Translations under genes and position numbers: made by a program
Part shown: positions 35,512-48,300 of the stretch, in pieces
How the letters are laid out: each line of letters starts with the position of its first letter
Numbering within the stretch: the first letter of the stretch is position 1
Source of the DNA: an uncultured Bacteroidales bacterium
GTDB taxonomy: Bacteria > Bacteroidota > Bacteroidia > Bacteroidales > WCHB1-69
Assembly (NCBI GenBank): GCA_937949745.1
Contig: CALECM010000048.1
Coordinates: 10,563-74,562, forward strand
Reading direction: 5' to 3'
DNA length: 64,000 nucleotides
Notes under the pieces: generated by a model
Told to the model about the DNA's origin: nothing
The model's database searches: none
Seen by the model: the letters and a program-made list of their open reading frames with translations, nothing else

Positions 35512-36561
35512 TCATGCATATAGAAAATCAAGACTTTCCTCCACTTCTCCGGTAGTCGTAATCTGATTGGGTATAGCTTCCCCGATTTTTTTCAATAGCG
35601 TAATATTGATTTTATTTCCGCTGTTTTTCTTATCCGACTTCAATAATTCCGAAATGGACCGGCGGTCTTCTCCGGATAAAGACGGCAACGTATAAAATCT
35701 TATGATAACCTCTTTGATTTCCTTTGCGGTTTCCAGCGAAATAAACCGATGGAGATAAGAGATATAGGCTTCGCAGCAAATACCCAGAGCCACCGCATGG
35801 CCATGATTAAGAGGCATTTGTCCGGAAAGGGAATTCCCTTCGAGGGCGTGGCCTACCGTATGGCCGAAATTTAAAATGCGCCTTTCTCCCATATCATAAA
35901 GATCCCGCTTAACGATATTATTTTTAAACTCCAGAGCCGATCCGAACCATTCCGGTTCCATGTTGTCGTAGTTGATTTCCGGCAAAGAGCGTAGCTGCGT
36001 CCATAGCGGAATATCATGGATAAGCGCATATTTGATCAATTCCCCGAAGCCATTAAGTATATCGGAATACTCCAGGGTAGTAAGGAATACGGGGTCAACA
36101 AAAACCTCATCAGGTAAATATATCGTACCGATGCCGTTTTTAATACCGTTAAAATTAATCGCGGTTTTTCCTCCTACGGAGGCATCTATCATCGCTAATA
36201 AAGTAGTAGGAACGTTAATATAAGAAACCCCCCTTTTGTAGGTGGAAGCCGCAAATCCCCCTAAGTCGCTGACCATACCGCCTCCCCAATTGATGATTAA
36301 AGCATTTTTGTCTACCTGCTCACGGAACATCAGATCCCATATTTCTTTTACTTCCTCAATATTCTTTTTTCTTTCATCGACATTTACCAGATAGTAATGA
36401 ACCGGAACGCCAGCTTCAAAATTATATTTAAAACGTGGAAAGAGCTGGGCTACCTTAATATCCGCAATAATGACCAAAGAGGAAAATTCTTTCCCTTCAA
36501 GATAAGAGTCGAACTTAATTTTAAAAGGACGGTAATCTTTACAGAGTTGATCGAATTCCAT
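35512..36561 (-). CDS. aroB: 3-dehydroquinate synthase
   Basis: GGGMVSDLGGFAASTYKRGVSYINVPTTLLAMIDASVGGKTAINF, ELIKYALI and NFGHTVGHALE. Start moved to the ATG at 36559-36561 (MEFDQL). Confidence 0.9.
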   Translation of the reverse strand: MEFDQLCKDYRPFKIKFDSYLEGKEFSSLVIIADIKVAQLFPRFKYNFEAGVPVHYYLVNVDERKKNIEEVKEIWDLMFREQVDKNALIINWGGGMVSDLGGFAASTYKRGVSYINVPTTLLAMIDASVGGKTAINFNGIKNGIGTIYLPDEVFVDPVFLTTLEYSDILNGFGELIKYALIHDIPLWTQLRSLPEINYDNMEPEWFGSALEFKNNIVKRDLYDMGERRILNFGHTVGHALEGNSLSGQMPLNHGHAVALGICCEAYISYLHRFISLETAKEIKEVIIRFYTLPSLSGEDRRSISELLKSDKKNSGNKINITLLKKIGEAIPNQITTTGEVEESLDFLYA

Positions 36562-36592
36562 TCTATTCAATATGATTAGGGAAACGCAAAAT

Positions 36593-36600
36593 CAAAAATA
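36593..36600 (-). promoter_or_regulatory. Candidate -7 box (TATTTTTG on minus strand) for aroB
   Basis: The plus strand reads CAAAAATA, 32 nt upstream of the ATG at 36561. Confidence 0.4.
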
Positions 36601-36642
36601 GGAAAAATTTGCCAATAAAAAACAGAGAATAAAATAATATTG

Positions 36643-36650
36643 TAAATTTG
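36643..36650 (+). promoter_or_regulatory. Candidate -7 box TAAATTTG
   Basis: TAnnTTTG match 16-25 nt upstream of the GTG at 36667 and the ATG at 36676. Confidence 0.5.
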
Positions 36651-36666
36651 CAACTTCTTAAAAAAC

Positions 36667-37419
36667 GTGAAAAAAATGTCTTCCCTGCAAACCCAGCATA
36701 CCGTTAATGTATTTATACCCTGCTCCATGGACATGTTTAGTCCGGCAATTCCTTACAGTGTCATGCAGGTATTGGAAAAACTGGGAGAAAAATGCTATTA
36801 TAACGAAGAATCGACCTGCTGCGGCAGAAAATTTTATATGGAAGGTGCCATTGAATGCGCCAAACAGTTGGGTGAGAAATTAATGTCTGAATATAACCCT
36901 AAATATCCCATCGTAATACCTTCGGCCGCATGTGTAGGACATATCAAAAACTATTACAAAAAATTATTTGAGAATGTTTCGGTTCCCGCCGAGCTGAAAA
37001 TGTTCACCCAAAATGTATATGAACTTTGTGATTATATCGTCAATGTAAAAAAAGTAACCGACCTTGGTAATCGCTTCAGCCACCGGGTATTCTATTTCAA
37101 ATCCTGTTCGGCACGGAATTTATACAAACTCGGAAACGAACCGGAGATACTCTTGTCCAATACAAAAGGACTGGACCTGCTTACGGATCCGGATATGTTG
37201 GATTGTTGTTCCGCCAACGGCAGGTTCGGCATGGCCAATACGGCGACATCCGACAGGATGCTGGAGAAAATCATTAACAGGATGTATAATATGGGAGCCC
37301 AGTATGTCACCTCGACGGATATACACTGTTTACAATATATGGATTCCTTTATCCAATCCCAGGGGATTGGAATCGAGGTAATCCATATTGCTGATATTTT
37401 GGCCAGTGAGAACGACTAA
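36667..37419 (+). CDS. (Fe-S)-binding CCG-domain protein, LutA/YkgE-like
   Basis: VNVFIPCSMDMFSPAI..., two CCG-type motifs (STCCGRKFY and LDCCSANGRFG). Alternative start is the ATG at 36676. Confidence 0.7.
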   Translation: MKKMSSLQTQHTVNVFIPCSMDMFSPAIPYSVMQVLEKLGEKCYYNEESTCCGRKFYMEGAIECAKQLGEKLMSEYNPKYPIVIPSAACVGHIKNYYKKLFENVSVPAELKMFTQNVYELCDYIVNVKKVTDLGNRFSHRVFYFKSCSARNLYKLGNEPEILLSNTKGLDLLTDPDMLDCCSANGRFGMANTATSDRMLEKIINRMYNMGAQYVTSTDIHCLQYMDSFIQSQGIGIEVIHIADILASEND

Positions 37420-37425
37420 CCCTGG

Positions 37426-39963
<2,538 letters not shown>

Positions 39964-39982
39964 AATAATTTTAAGTTTTTTG

Positions 39983-39990
39983 CAAAAATA
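39983..39990 (-). promoter_or_regulatory. Candidate -7 box (TATTTTTG on minus strand) for clpC
   Basis: The plus strand reads CAAAAATA, 20 nt upstream of the ATG at 39963. Confidence 0.4.
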
Positions 39991-40439
39991 CAAATTCATA
40001 TTTTTACTCTATGTAGATTAACGTAAAAATCTTTTTCTTGTTTGATATTTCTAAAAAAAATTATATGATGACATAATTGGAATATTTCACTAACGATTTT
40101 GGTGATATCTAATTGCAGATCTTCACCTTGATCATTGAACGGGAAAATGAAGGGAACACCGAAAAACCTAATGCGGATCCGGGAAAGGTATCTTATTAAA
40201 TCGGGAACGTTGAACTACATCATTCCGGATGATTTTTTATAGCCGGGTCCGCTTATTTTATGAAATTAAAACCATTCATTTTATGGATGAGAAACATTTT
40301 TTATATTTGCAAGCGCTTAAAAGTTTTAAACCTAAACTTTTTAACATTTTAAATACGCTTACGAATAAGAACTTAGGATATCGTATTCAGTATAATTGTA
40401 AATATGGATCCGGATATATTTTAAAAAATCTTCCTAAAA

Positions 40440-41342
40440 ATGCAAAAAACATTCCCTTTTATAGGCCTTCTGTTTATTATCATTACATTTTTCTCCTGTA
40501 ATAACGGCAAAGGTGATGCCGACGCTTACGGTGTTTTCGAAGCTACGGAGATCGTGGTTTCTTCAGAAAATAACGGGAAATTACTCTATTTCAACATCGA
40601 AGAGGGCAATATTTACCAGAAAGGCGAAGAGGTGGGCTGTATCGACACTTTTCAATTATACCTTCAAATCAGGCAATTGGAATCATCCATCAGAGCTGCG
40701 TTGGCACGCCGTCCCGATATGCCTGCACAGATACAGGCCATGCAAACCAAACTGTCGACATTGGAAAAAGAAAGAACCAGAGTCGCCAATCTCGTCGAGG
40801 CGAACGCCGCTTCCACCAAACAACTGGATGACGTAAATGCCGAGATTAATATTACGATAAGCCAGATCGAAGCTACCAAATCAAATCTCAGCACCCAATC
40901 CCAATCGATATTGGAAGAAGTGGAAGCCATGCGGTTCCAGAAACTGCAATTGGAAGACGCACTGGCCAAATGTAAAATCAAAGCTCCGATAACCGGTTCG
41001 GTACTGAAAAAATATATAGAGCCCAATGAACTCGTATTCCAGGGAAAACCTCTTTTCAAGATAGCGGACCTGACCAATATGTTTATTAAAGTATACGTTA
41101 CGGAAGATATGCTTTCTTCTTTACGGCTGGGACAGGATGTCGAGATCCGTATGGACGCGCCGGAAGGAACGCAGAAAGTTTTTTCCGGTAATATCTCCTG
41201 GATCTCGCCCAAAGCCGAGTTTACTCCTAAAATGATCCAGACCAAGAAGGAACGGGTCAACCTGGTTTACGCCGTCAGGATTTCTTTTGAAAATGACGGC
41301 AGCGCCAAGATAGGCATGCCTGGGGACGTGACTTTTAAATAG
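40440..41342 (+). CDS. HlyD-family (YbhG-like) periplasmic adaptor of an ABC-2 exporter
   Basis: Lipobox ITFFSC, a long coiled coil, KAPITGSVLKKY and the C-terminal ...GMPGDVTFK. First gene of a five-gene operon. Confidence 0.85.
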   Translation: MQKTFPFIGLLFIIITFFSCNNGKGDADAYGVFEATEIVVSSENNGKLLYFNIEEGNIYQKGEEVGCIDTFQLYLQIRQLESSIRAALARRPDMPAQIQAMQTKLSTLEKERTRVANLVEANAASTKQLDDVNAEINITISQIEATKSNLSTQSQSILEEVEAMRFQKLQLEDALAKCKIKAPITGSVLKKYIEPNELVFQGKPLFKIADLTNMFIKVYVTEDMLSSLRLGQDVEIRMDAPEGTQKVFSGNISWISPKAEFTPKMIQTKKERVNLVYAVRISFENDGSAKIGMPGDVTFK

Positions 41343-41348
41343 TTCAAT

Positions 41349-42275
41349 ATGGAAGCCATCAATATTGAGCACCTCAACAAATGCTATTCGGATAAAGTTG
41401 CGGCCCTGAAAGATATTACTTTCAATGTTCGTTGCGGAGAGATATTCGGACTTGTGGGCCCGGACGGCGCGGGAAAAACCACGTTGTTCAATATACTGAC
41501 GACCCTTCTTTTTTCCGACTCGGGAAAAATCACTCTCCTGGGATTGGATATTGAAGAAGATTATTTGCAGGTACGTAAGATTATCGGTTACCTTCCCGGT
41601 ACATTTTCCCTCTACCCGGATCTTACCGTAGAAGAGAATCTTACTTTTTTCGCTACCATGTACAAAAGTAAGGTATCCGAAAACATGCCGATGATCAGGC
41701 CTATATGGAAACAACTGGTCCCTTTTAAAAACCGTCGCGCGGGAAAATTATCGGGCGGAATGAAACAAAAGCTGGCCCTTTGCTGCGCGCTGATCCATAA
41801 ACCGGAAATCCTTTTCCTGGACGAGCCTACTACCGGCGTGGACCCGGTATCCAGAAAGGAGTTCTGGGATATTCTGAAAAATATACAGAAACAGGAAATC
41901 ACGGTAGTCGTATCCACGCCTTACATGGATGAAGCCACGCGCTGCGACCGCATCGCACTTATTCAGGAAGGAGAGATCATCAAAATAAATTCCCCGGCCC
42001 AGATCATCAAGGATTTTTCAGGTCACCTGTATACTTTAAAAGCCCCGGCTATTTTCGATTTATTGAAAACGATGGAAAAATGTCCGCTATCCTGCAATTT
42101 TTATCCGTACGGAGAAAATATGCATGTTGTATTCGAAGAAGTAAACGACCATACGATAGAAGATTTTAAACGTTTTCTGGATGAGAACCACCAGCAATAC
42201 GAAGGCCTCAGGGAAATTGAACCGTCCATCGAAGACTGTTTTATCGAATTAATGGAAAAAAAAGAAAATGTATAG
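41349..42275 (+). CDS. ABC transporter ATP-binding protein
   Basis: GPDGAGKTT, LSGGMKQKLAL, LFLDEPTTGVD. Confidence 0.9.
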   Translation: MEAINIEHLNKCYSDKVAALKDITFNVRCGEIFGLVGPDGAGKTTLFNILTTLLFSDSGKITLLGLDIEEDYLQVRKIIGYLPGTFSLYPDLTVEENLTFFATMYKSKVSENMPMIRPIWKQLVPFKNRRAGKLSGGMKQKLALCCALIHKPEILFLDEPTTGVDPVSRKEFWDILKNIQKQEITVVVSTPYMDEATRCDRIALIQEGEIIKINSPAQIIKDFSGHLYTLKAPAIFDLLKTMEKCPLSCNFYPYGENMHVVFEEVNDHTIEDFKRFLDENHQQYEGLREIEPSIEDCFIELMEKKENV

Positions 42276-42987
42276 CATAGAAGTCGACCATCTCACTAAA
42301 ATATTCGGTCAGTTTACCGCAGTTGACCAGATATCCTTCCAGGTTAAGAAAGGAGAGATTTTCGGTTTCCTTGGTGCGAACGGCGCGGGAAAGACCACGG
42401 CGATCAAAATGTTATGCGGACTACTGTTGCCCACGTCAGGAAAGGCTACCGTAGCCGGCTATGACGTGAAGACCCAATCCAAATATATTAAGAGGAATAT
42501 CGGATACATGAGCCAGCGATTTTCGTTGTATAACGACCTGACTCTTTTCGAGAATATGCAGCTATACGGTACGATATACAAGATTCCCAAGGAGGAGTTA
42601 AAAGGAAGGATTTATGCCAGCCTTGAAGAACTTGATATGGCCGACCGTGCCAACAAACTAGTACAATCCATTCCATTGGGCTGGAAACAGAAACTTGCAT
42701 TTGCCACCGCCTTGCTTCACCATCCCAAGATCGTGTTTCTGGACGAGCCCACCAGCGGGGTCGATCCTATTGTAAGGCGCGAATTCTGGAACCTGATCTA
42801 CAACGCCGCTTCCAAAGGCGTAACCATATTCGTAACCACTCATTATATGGACGAAGCCGAGTATTGCGAACGGATTTCCATTATGTCGCACGGACAATTA
42901 AAAATTATCGGAACACCCGACGACATCAAAGCCGAAATGGGTGTCTCGTCTATTGAAGAAGTATTCGGCAAATTCGTAACCCGGTAA
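42268..42987 (+). CDS. ABC transporter ATP-binding protein
   Basis: GANGAGKTT, a degenerate signature motif PLGWKQKLAF, VFLDEPTSGVD. 8-nt overlap with the previous gene. Confidence 0.9.
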   Translation: MYSIEVDHLTKIFGQFTAVDQISFQVKKGEIFGFLGANGAGKTTAIKMLCGLLLPTSGKATVAGYDVKTQSKYIKRNIGYMSQRFSLYNDLTLFENMQLYGTIYKIPKEELKGRIYASLEELDMADRANKLVQSIPLGWKQKLAFATALLHHPKIVFLDEPTSGVDPIVRREFWNLIYNAASKGVTIFVTTHYMDEAEYCERISIMSHGQLKIIGTPDDIKAEMGVSSIEEVFGKFVTR

Positions 42988-42997
42988 AGATCCGCTT

Positions 42998-44101
42998 ATG
43001 AAAGAATTGATGGTCATATTGAGAAAAGAGTTTATCCACATATTGCGGGATCGGGTGACGCTTTTCCTGGTGCTTTCCATGCCCATCGTGCTGGTATTGT
43101 TGTTCGGGTTTACGATCAGTACGGAAATAAGAAATGCCAAGATCTCAGTTCTGGACCAGGCCAAAGACCGTGAATCCCAGGCTTTAATAGAAAAGATCGG
43201 GGCGTCGGGCTATTTCCAGCTGGTCTCTTTTCCTGACAATGAAGCCGAGATCGACCATGATTTTAAAAATAAGAATGTAAAGCTTGCCCTGATCATCCCG
43301 GGCAACTTTGAGGAATTATTAGCTAAAGAACAGGCGGTAACCCTGCAGGTTATCAGCGACGTATCGGACCTTAACGTAGCTTCCATACTCAATAATTATA
43401 TCCGGGCTGTTTTGCAGGATTATATCATGGAATATAACGAGACCACTTCCCTTCCTTTTGATATTTCCATCAAGATGTTGTATAATCCCGAATCCAACAG
43501 CGTCTATATGTTCGTACCGGGTATTATCACACTGATCATGATCATTGTTACCGCCCTGATGTCATCTATAACCCTTTCCCGGGAAATGGAAACGGGCACC
43601 ATGAATATGCTGCTTATCACCCCGGTAAAAAAAATCTATGTGGTTATCGGAAAGATCATCCCTTATATGATCCTTTCCCTGCTATGTACGATCATCATTT
43701 TGATACTCAGCGTACTGGTTTTTAAAATGCCGATCGAGGGAAATCTCTTCCTGTTGCTGTTCCTGTGTGTGGTCTTTATGTTGACTTCTGCGGCTTTCGG
43801 ACTGATGATCTCCGCGTTGGTAAAGACCCAGCTCGACGCGATGATGGTTACGATGATGGGACTATTTTTACCCACCGTACTTTTATCGGGTTTCCTTTTC
43901 CCGCTGGATAACATGCCCATGATCTTCCAGATCATCGCCGATATCTTCCCTGCCAAATGGTTCATTATCGCTTTGAAAGACGTTATGATCAAAGGATCGG
44001 GCTTAAGGGAAATCTGGCTTTATATGGTGATCCTTCTGGTTATGGCGATCGTTCTTATCTGGATCAGTTTATCACGAATAGACAAAAGGAGGAAAAAATG
44101 A
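42998..44101 (+). CDS. ABC-2 type transporter permease (YbhS/YbhR-like)
   Basis: 367 aa. N-terminal TM segment, a large loop, then five C-terminal TM segments. REMETGTMNMLLITPV motif. Confidence 0.85.
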   Translation: MKELMVILRKEFIHILRDRVTLFLVLSMPIVLVLLFGFTISTEIRNAKISVLDQAKDRESQALIEKIGASGYFQLVSFPDNEAEIDHDFKNKNVKLALIIPGNFEELLAKEQAVTLQVISDVSDLNVASILNNYIRAVLQDYIMEYNETTSLPFDISIKMLYNPESNSVYMFVPGIITLIMIIVTALMSSITLSREMETGTMNMLLITPVKKIYVVIGKIIPYMILSLLCTIIILILSVLVFKMPIEGNLFLLLFLCVVFMLTSAAFGLMISALVKTQLDAMMVTMMGLFLPTVLLSGFLFPLDNMPMIFQIIADIFPAKWFIIALKDVMIKGSGLREIWLYMVILLVMAIVLIWISLSRIDKRRKK

Positions 44102-45213
44102 GAACGATACTGATGTTGATCAAAAAAGAGTTCCTGCAGGTTTTCCGGAACCCGTTGTTAAGGAGTATTCTCGTCGTAGCTCCCCTTGTACAGTTCGTTC
44201 TGTTTCCCTTTACAGCCGATTATGAAATAAAAATACTCAATATCGCTTTTATAGACCACGACCGTTCTTCCGTTACACAGGATATCATCACCGGTTTCAA
44301 CGCATCCCCTTATTTTATTAACCACGGCATCGTTCCCTCTAAAAAAATAGCCGACGAGATGATGTTGAGGGATGAAATCGATTTTCTGATTGAATTTCCT
44401 CTGCACTTCGAGAAAGATATACTTAACAGCGAACATACCGGTATCGCGATTACCGCCAATGCCATCAACAGCGTGAAAGCCGGCATCGGCACCGGTTATG
44501 TTCAAACGATTTTAACCGATTATATGGAGGATATAAGCCTCAACAGCGGTTATGATTTTAATAACGACGCGAAACTGTTCGTCACCAACATATACTGGTA
44601 CAACGAACAGATGAATTATAAGAACCTCATTGTTCCGGGAATTCTCGTAATCCTCGTCACCCTGATCGGCGCTTATGTCACCGCCTTGAATATCGTTAGG
44701 GAAAAAGAGCTGGGTACCATCGAACAGATCAACGTAACACCGATTAAAAAATGGCAGTTTATCATCGGGAAAATGATTCCGTTCTGGGTATTGGGAATGG
44801 CTGAATTCATCATCGGTATCATTCTGATGAAACTTATTTTCGGAATCAGCGTGCAGGGTAGTATTCCTTTATTACTGGGCATTACTTCCATCTATCTTCT
44901 GGTAATGCTTGGACTGGGGTTTTTTATCTCAAGTATGGCGGAAAACCAGCTTCAGGCCATGTTTATCGTCTTTTTCCTGTTTATTGTTTTCGTATTGTTA
45001 AGCGGACTTTTCACGCCGACGGAAGGGATGCCGGAATGGGCCATCAAACTGAATTATTTCAATCCGTTATCATTCTTTATGGATATCATCAAAAGTATCG
45101 TATTGAAAGGAGGCGGAATATCGGATGTGAAATACCAGGTCATCGCTTTATCGGTGATGGCTGTCGTAATTGATACCGCGGCGATACTTTCTTACCGGGA
45201 AAGAAGCAAATGA
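44098..45213 (+). CDS. ABC-2 type transporter permease (YbhS/YbhR-like)
   Basis: ATGA overlap with the previous permease (MRTILMLIKKEF...). REKELGTIEQINVTPI motif. The ORF-track start at 43957 lies inside the upstream gene. Confidence 0.85.
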   Translation: MRTILMLIKKEFLQVFRNPLLRSILVVAPLVQFVLFPFTADYEIKILNIAFIDHDRSSVTQDIITGFNASPYFINHGIVPSKKIADEMMLRDEIDFLIEFPLHFEKDILNSEHTGIAITANAINSVKAGIGTGYVQTILTDYMEDISLNSGYDFNNDAKLFVTNIYWYNEQMNYKNLIVPGILVILVTLIGAYVTALNIVREKELGTIEQINVTPIKKWQFIIGKMIPFWVLGMAEFIIGIILMKLIFGISVQGSIPLLLGITSIYLLVMLGLGFFISSMAENQLQAMFIVFFLFIVFVLLSGLFTPTEGMPEWAIKLNYFNPLSFFMDIIKSIVLKGGGISDVKYQVIALSVMAVVIDTAAILSYRERSK

Positions 45214-45294
45214 TATATATCTCATCACTATAAAATTACTTCCTGGGTAATAAATCAAATGTTTCGGGAAGTACATTTATAGATAATTTTTAGC

Positions 45295-45302
45295 TATTTT
45301 TG
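45295..45302 (+). promoter_or_regulatory. Candidate -7 box TATTTTTG
   Basis: 30 nt upstream of the TTG at 45332. Confidence 0.45.
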
Positions 45303-45331
45303 CATGCCAAAAATGAAAAGGGGATATTATT

Positions 45332-48300
45332 TTGACACAGGAAAACAAGACTTCAACAAGCTATAATCCGGATCTTCTCCGATGCGGAATTGATATCGGC
45401 TCTACCAGTATCAAATGCGTATTGATAGATTCCGGTGGTAATGTATTATACCATAAATACACACGGCACCATGCCTCGATTCTTCCGGTATTGATGGAAA
45501 TGTTGCTGGAAGCGTCTGCGGTTTGTAATGAACGTCCCGTGGAATTCATGTTCACGGGCTCTATCGGTATGGGCATCGCGGAGAGATTGGAATTACCTTT
45601 TAACCAGGAAGTCATATCTTCCATTAAATTCGTACAGGAAAAACATCCCGATATTAAAACTTTTATCGACATCGGCGGCGAAGACGCCAAGATGATTTTC
45701 TTTACGGCCGGACAGCAGCCCGATATCAGGATGAACGGCAGTTGTGCCGGTGGAACAGGCGCTTTCCTGGACCAGATGGCTTCCCTTTTAGCCATCCCCA
45801 TGGAAGAACTGGACCAATACGCGGCCAAAGCCGAGACCATTTATCCTATCGCTTCCCGTTGCGGCGTATTTTCCAAAACGGATATCCAGAACCTGGTAGC
45901 CCGCAACGTAAACAAAAACGATATTGTCGGTTCCATTTTTCACGCAGTCGCCTTACAGGTTATCACTTCCCTATCAAGAGGATATGAGGTGAGACCGAAA
46001 TTATTTTTCTGTGGCGCTCCTTTCGCTTTCCTGACTTATCTTAAAAAAGCATTCCTGCAATTATTACAGATAGGAGAAAGTGATATCGTTACCACCGAAT
46101 ATCCGGAACTGGTACCCGCATACGGAACCGCATTATCTGTTTCTCCGGCATCCACAGGAGGGCCGGTTAACAAGGTTATCGAAAAAGTAAAGAAACTACT
46201 GGAACATCCCGTAGTTTTCCAGGAAAACCAGCTTCTCCCCAGACTTTTCGAATCACAGGAGGAAAAAGATAGCTGGTTCTCACAAAATGTATCGGTTGAA
46301 TTACCGGAAGTACCGATCGGCCAAAGCAAGAGTGAAGAATTTTATATCGGAATAGATTCCGGTTCTACCACTACCAAGATCGTGATCATTAATGCGGAAA
46401 AGGAAATCGTTTTCCGTTATTACACAAAAAATGGCGGAGATGCCCTGGGATCTTTCAAAAAAGGAATACTGGAATTTAAGAATCTGGTCGAACAATCAGG
46501 GAAAAAAGCCGTTTTCGTCGGCTCAGCCGTAACAGGTTACGGTGAGAATTTATTGAAAATCGCCTATAACCTTCACTACGGTATAGTGGAAACCATGGCC
46601 CATTATATCGCCGCCCGGTCCATCGATCCAGAAGTGAGTTTTATACTCGATATCGGAGGACAGGATATGAAAGCGATCTTTGTGGAACATGGCGCCATCC
46701 AGCGAATCGAAATCAACGAGGCATGTTCTTCCGGATGCGGTTCTTTTATCGAAGGATTCGCGGATATGCTCAATATGGCAGTAAGTGATTTCGCACTGAT
46801 GGCGTGTCAGGCGCAAACACCCACAGACCTGGGAACCCGTTGCACGGTTTTCATGAATTCCAAAGTAAAACAGAGTTTACGGGAAGGTACGGACATTGAA
46901 GATATTGCGGCAGGGCTTTCCTATGCCGTGATCAAAAACTGCCTGTTCAAGGTGTTGAAACTAAAAAGCACCCACGAACTGGGTGACCATATTGTAGTGC
47001 AGGGCGGGACTTTTAAGAATCCCTCCATTATCCGTTGCCTCGAAATACTGACGGAAAAAGAAGTAAGGGTTTCCAATATCCCGGAATTGATGGGAGCATA
47101 CGGAGCTGCTCTATATGCCCTTGAACAATCCGGATTAAATACCACCAAAAACTATACGCTGACCATTGACGAAGTATTGGATGTCAATACTTTCAAAACC
47201 GGCAATTTACAATGCAAAGGTTGTGAAAACCGGTGTAATATCAGGAAATTTACGTTCTCTAACCAGCGCACCTATTATTCAGGTAATAAATGCGAACGGA
47301 TTTTTTCCAACATGGAAGAAAAAGAAGAAAAAGGCGTTAATTTCCATGAAATTAAATATGAACGGCTATTCAACAGAAACCTTACTCTGGAAAATCCGCG
47401 TATGATTATAGGAATCCCCAGGGGATTGGTCATGTATGAAGATTATCCTTTCTGGCATACCTTACTGACGGAATGCAACATACAGCCGCTTCTATCGGGG
47501 GTCACAACCGTAGCGCAATATGAGAAAGGCGTAAAAACGATCATGGCCGATAATATCTGTTTCCCGGCTAAACTGATGCACGGACATATCATGTATCTGA
47601 TTAAAAAGAACGTGGATCGTATTCTTTATCCTTATAATATTTATGAAAGAAAAGAGGACCAGAAAGCGGTAAACAGTTATAATTGCCCTATTGTTACAGC
47701 CTATTCAGATGTAATAAACAGCGCTATTGAGACGGAAGAGCAGTATGGGATACCATTGGATTCACCGGTATTAAACTTCAATGATAAAGTATTGTTGAAG
47801 AAATCGCTGACCGAATATTTATCCCGGTTCGGAATCGAGAATTCAGTGATCAGGCAGGCCATCGGCAAGGCTATGGAAGTACAGTCGGAATTCGAACAAT
47901 CCTTGTTTAAAACCAGCATGGAGTTATATGAAAAGGCTATGGAAAAAGGAGAAACCGTAATTGTACTGGCGGGCCGGCCTTACCATATTGACCCTCTGAT
48001 CCAACATAAGATTTCGGAAGCTATCGCCGATTTCGGCGTAACCGTGATCAATGAAGATATGGTCCGCTTTATTGAGAACTCCGTTTTCGATCAAACCGAT
48101 TCCGTGACCCAATGGGCGTTCCCTAACCGTATCATGAACGCGGCCAAATGGACAGCCGACCAGGGACCAAACGTTCATTTTGTCCAGCTTACCTCTTTCG
48201 GATGCGGTCCCGATGCCTTTATCAATGAAGAGATTAAACAGATCTTACTGGCAAAGGGAAAAAACCTCACTTTACTGAAAGTGGATGATGTGAATAATAT

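Noticed and set aside
40229-40501. 90-aa plus-strand ORF and a 31-codon ORF (about 40147-40242) in the clpC/HlyD intergenic region
   Set aside because: They are AT-rich and low-complexity. The larger one runs through a candidate -7 box (40302-40309) and overlaps the HlyD start in another frame. There are no supporting motifs.
40664-41714. Two overlapping minus-strand ORFs of 197-198 aa
   Set aside because: They are antisense to the HlyD adaptor gene and the first ABC ATPase gene, both of which have unambiguous motifs. I treated them as chance open frames.
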